The position numbers and the translations under genes are program-made. A stretch of 64,000 bases of DNA, taken from positions 18,212 to 82,211 of the forward strand of contig CAWBYW010000006.1 in the NCBI GenBank assembly GCA_963792965.1, read 5' to 3'. This DNA is from an uncultured delta proteobacterium. Its GTDB lineage: Bacteria; Desulfobacterota; Zymogenia; Zymogenales; Zymogenaceae. A model generated the notes under the pieces. That model was not told the DNA's origin. It saw nothing but the letters and a program-made list of their open reading frames with translations, and made no database searches. This document shows positions 61,089 to 64,000 of this stretch, piece by piece (position 1 is the stretch's first letter; each line of letters starts with the position of its first letter).

Positions 61089-61553
61089 TTAGTTCATGGT
61101 TACTTCGTCATGTCCCTCATGATCGCGGTCGTTCATGCTATCGACATGAATAATCGCGTAATCCTTGGCCAGGTACTTCCCATTCTGCGAGACCGTGAAG
61201 AAGACTGTGATATTCCCAGAATGGTCGTCTGTGACCATGAAGGGCTCAGCCGGTGTCCATGTCGCGTTCGGGCCGATCCTGTCGATAGTCGTCTCCTGAT
61301 ACGGAAGCACTACGCCGTCGGACGGGTGCACGGTCACTGTCAGGGTAAGATCCCTCAGCTCCTGATCGGTAACGTTTGTCACCGAGAAATACAACCGGGT
61401 GGCAATCCCGATGTCCGTTGTCTCCCTGTAGTTGAACACCTTGATCCTCGCCACGGGCGGGTTTGTGGTGCCCCAATACTCCAATGAAGCACAGGAGGTA
61501 ATGGCAGCAGCCAAGAGCCCCGCCAGCATCAAAAGCATGATTTGTCTTTTCAT
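61089..61553 (-). CDS. Ig-like lipoprotein, paralog 5 of 5
   Basis: Lipobox ITSC; same motifs; RBS GGAGGTG. Confidence 0.85.
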   Translation of the reverse strand: MKRQIMLLMLAGLLAAAITSCASLEYWGTTNPPVARIKVFNYRETTDIGIATRLYFSVTNVTDQELRDLTLTVTVHPSDGVVLPYQETTIDRIGPNATWTPAEPFMVTDDHSGNITVFFTVSQNGKYLAKDYAIIHVDSMNDRDHEGHDEVTMN

Positions 61554-61576
61554 CTTTCTCACCTCCCTTAATATTT

Positions 61577-61605
61577 ATTATAAGCACCCATCATCGCTTT
61601 GTCAA
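61577..61605 (-). promoter_or_regulatory. Consensus sigma-70 promoter of paralog 5
   Basis: Perfect TTGACA-17 bp-TATAAT. Confidence 0.85.
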
Positions 61606-61628
61606 TCGCCCCCCCGGCACGTTAGTGG

Positions 61629-61657
61629 TTGACAGCGCACCTCATGCATATTAAACT
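61629..61657 (+). promoter_or_regulatory. Sigma-70 promoter of the activator gene
   Basis: TTGACA-17 bp-TAAACT, then RBS AGGAGG. Confidence 0.7.
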
Positions 61658-61678
61658 TGAGCCAAAGGAGGGTATCGC

Positions 61679-62470
61679 GTGAAGTACTTCGGGGGCGTCG
61701 ATTTAGGCTCACTCACCGCCAAGGCGGTCATCATTGCCGACGGATCGATCACGTGCCGCACGATCATCCCGGCGGGATACAAGAGCAGCGAAACAGCGGC
61801 CAGGGTCATGGATCAGTGCCTGAATTCCGTGGGCTTGAAACTCTCCGATATTGCCTATATCGTCTCCACCGGCTACGGCAGGATAAACGTGCCGTTTGCG
61901 CACAAGCAGATCACCGAGATCACCTGCCACGCGAAGGGGGCCAACTTCATTTGGCCCGCCGCCCGAACGGTCATCGATATCGGCGGTCAGGACTCGAAGG
62001 CGATGTCGATCGACGAGACGGGGAGGGTCAAGGACTTTGTCATGAACGAGAAGTGCGCCGCCGGGACCGGAAGGTTCCTGGAGGTTATGGCTCGCGCGCT
62101 GGAGGTGGACCTGGACGACTTCGGCTCCCTCTCGATCACCTCCAATGACCCCGCCCGCATATCGAGCATGTGCACGGTCTTTGCGGAGTCTGAGGTAATC
62201 TCTAACATCGCCAGCGGTCTGCCGAAGCAGGATATCATCGCCGGTATTCACGACGCCATCACCAGCCGCGTCGCCTCGATGGCCCGGCGAGTCTCCATTA
62301 CTGACGACGTGGTGCTCACCGGCGGCGTATCCAAAAACATCGGGGTGGTTACCGCGCTTGAGAAAAACCTCGGCCATAGGATTCTGGTAAGCGAGCTCTC
62401 GCAGCTCGCGGGGGCGCTGGGCGCGGCGCTGCTGGCGCGCGAGGCGCATGAGAAGGAAGCCAACAGGTAG
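61679..62470 (+). CDS. 2-hydroxyacyl-CoA dehydratase activator (HgdC/BadF ASKHA ATPase)
   Basis: STGYGR, EITCHAKGA, DIGGQDSK, MNEKCAAGTGRFL, CTVFAESE. Confidence 0.94.
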   Translation: MKYFGGVDLGSLTAKAVIIADGSITCRTIIPAGYKSSETAARVMDQCLNSVGLKLSDIAYIVSTGYGRINVPFAHKQITEITCHAKGANFIWPAARTVIDIGGQDSKAMSIDETGRVKDFVMNEKCAAGTGRFLEVMARALEVDLDDFGSLSITSNDPARISSMCTVFAESEVISNIASGLPKQDIIAGIHDAITSRVASMARRVSITDDVVLTGGVSKNIGVVTALEKNLGHRILVSELSQLAGALGAALLAREAHEKEANR

Positions 62471-62519
62471 GAGGACTCAAGGGCCGGAAATAGAGCTCAT
62501 GCCGAACATGCGTACTCTC

Positions 62520-63590
62520 TCACGGGATTAACGTATCACCAGAGGGATTGAAGTTATGCTCGATCCCCGGTCGGGTGGGTTCGATTGTCGTCCATCCATG
62601 CGGCCCGGGGATGACGGTGTTACTTGACCAATCGACCCGGCTGCCGGTGCCGGGCGCACCGACGCTCAGCATCAGGAGCAGCGTTTTTACCAGCCCGCTT
62701 GTGTATCCCCTGTTTCCCGTTACGGTGCAAAAGATGCGCCCCGGGCCCCTGGAGTTGTCAATATGCACTGCCGCCGCTTCCCCGCGATTCGCATTGACCG
62801 TCAGGGTGTTAGTCGTGACCGTCGCGCGTATGTCGCTGTTAGCCGAACCGAAAAAGATCCCGTCCGCGGCCGCCTTATCGCTGAGAGACACGATATTATT
62901 CTCTGAAACTCTTGCGTCAACCGCCCCATCGGACTCAATATGCATCCCATGTGTCCCCGATCCGGACGTATCATGTGAGTAAAGCTTGTTTCCCGTCACC
63001 GTGACATTTACCGTGCCGCTGTCCTCAATAAGAATCCCTTTCGCGTTTTCTCCCGTAGCCGATATCGTGTTCCCGGAAATCAGGACAGTAATCTCCTTTC
63101 CGGGATTGCTTATATAGACGGCCGCTGCATCGTTTCCGGGTTGACCGGTATAGGTTATCGTATTATCCGTGATCACGAGGTGACTGAATCCTATGGCCAC
63201 TATGGAGGAGTCGAGAATATTACCGGAGATCGTCTGGGTTCCGGTGCCGCCGCTGGAAAAGTATAACCCTCCCGCTCTCGGCGCATCGATGAATGCTCCC
63301 CCGGTCGGAAGATCTCCGATCAGGCTGATAAGATGGGAGAACGAAGGAAGTAATAGAGTATCGAAAAGTCCTGTACCGCCGTGAATATTCATCGAGCTCA
63401 AACCGTGCTCGCCTCCAGGTAACGCCCCCCCTGAGCAATAGACCGCTCTTTCGGGATATAGGCGCACATTATTGGGTATGGGCGGAGGAATCTTGGTGGT
63501 AGGGAGCGCGTCGGGGCATCCCGCATAACTGCCATGCCCCATTCCCCGCAAAAACAATACAACAACGAGACAGAAAATCGCACTTTTCAT
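62520..63590 (-). CDS. Exported right-handed parallel beta-helix repeat protein
   Basis: Signal peptide; repeated ISGNI/ITDNT/ISGNT/VTGNK/VSENN/VTTNT units. Confidence 0.75.
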   Translation of the reverse strand: MKSAIFCLVVVLFLRGMGHGSYAGCPDALPTTKIPPPIPNNVRLYPERAVYCSGGALPGGEHGLSSMNIHGGTGLFDTLLLPSFSHLISLIGDLPTGGAFIDAPRAGGLYFSSGGTGTQTISGNILDSSIVAIGFSHLVITDNTITYTGQPGNDAAAVYISNPGKEITVLISGNTISATGENAKGILIEDSGTVNVTVTGNKLYSHDTSGSGTHGMHIESDGAVDARVSENNIVSLSDKAAADGIFFGSANSDIRATVTTNTLTVNANRGEAAAVHIDNSRGPGRIFCTVTGNRGYTSGLVKTLLLMLSVGAPGTGSRVDWSSNTVIPGPHGWTTIEPTRPGIEHNFNPSGDTLIP

Positions 63591-63880
63591 AGACGTGCTC
63601 CTGCAAGCCCGGGGGACCCCCCGAATATCGCGCCCTCCGTCGTATCCGCAGACGAGAGACTGAGATTGGTTTTATTATATATACTCTACTATTTTTATTT
63701 GTCAATACTGAATCACGCTCGGGTCGAAAAAGGGCTGACCACCACTCTGAGGGATAAGAGTATCGGAATATCGCCTTTTAGTTATGCTTCGGTGATTTTT
63801 TGTTGTCTTCTCAGGTAAGGTGGTATATTTTTATATATAGATATATTGCAGTATACTTAGATACCCTTACCATTACCGGC

Positions 63881-64000
63881 ATGTCTATTTCCGACACTCA
63901 AACGCGATGCCCCTGGGGGAAGAGCCAGCTCCTCATCGACTACCATGACACCGAATGGGGGACTTTTACCCTCGACGATGGGGTGCACTTTGAGCACCTC
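63881..64000 (+). CDS. tag: DNA-3-methyladenine glycosylase I (5' part, runs off the window)
   Basis: Manual translation MSISDTQTRCPWGKSQLLIDYHDTEWGTFTLDDGVHFEHL contains RCxW and YHDxEWG. Confidence 0.88.
   Translation, partial: MSISDTQTRCPWGKSQLLIDYHDTEWGTFTLDDGVHFEHL

Noticed and set aside
1-64000. tRNA, rRNA, transposase and integrase genes
   Set aside because: None recognised by eye; tRNAscan-SE and cmscan were not run, so small RNAs could be missed.

Overview
Chromosomal window from a GC-rich anaerobic bacterium, most consistent with a deltaproteobacterium/Desulfobacterota (inferred from gene content and order). From left to right it holds: an ECF sigma/anti-sigma/Spy-CpxP envelope-stress module; a near-complete dcw cluster on the minus strand (mraZ to ftsZ, no ddl) with an extra PilZ-like ORF between mraY and murD; aspS and leuC; an MNT-HEPN toxin-antitoxin pair flanked by a duplicated leuC 3' end; a glycyl-radical enzyme (GRE) operon that matches no characterised GRE I can recall; thiT-thiN; two tandem expansions of unannotated exported proteins (six copies of an ~85-aa domain in four genes at 43.4-45.8 kb, and five separately regulated Ig-like paralogs at 57.9-61.6 kb); and assorted TPR, envelope and housekeeping genes. 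Roughly 20 single-base frameshifts, many in essential genes and several at homopolymers, point to unpolished long-read sequence, so I annotated split genes as single CDSs. I found no rRNA, tRNA, CRISPR array, integrase, transposase or reverse transcriptase by eye. The best novelty candidates are the repeat-domain cluster, the GRE operon, the paralog array, the PilZ-like dcw insertion and the TA islet.
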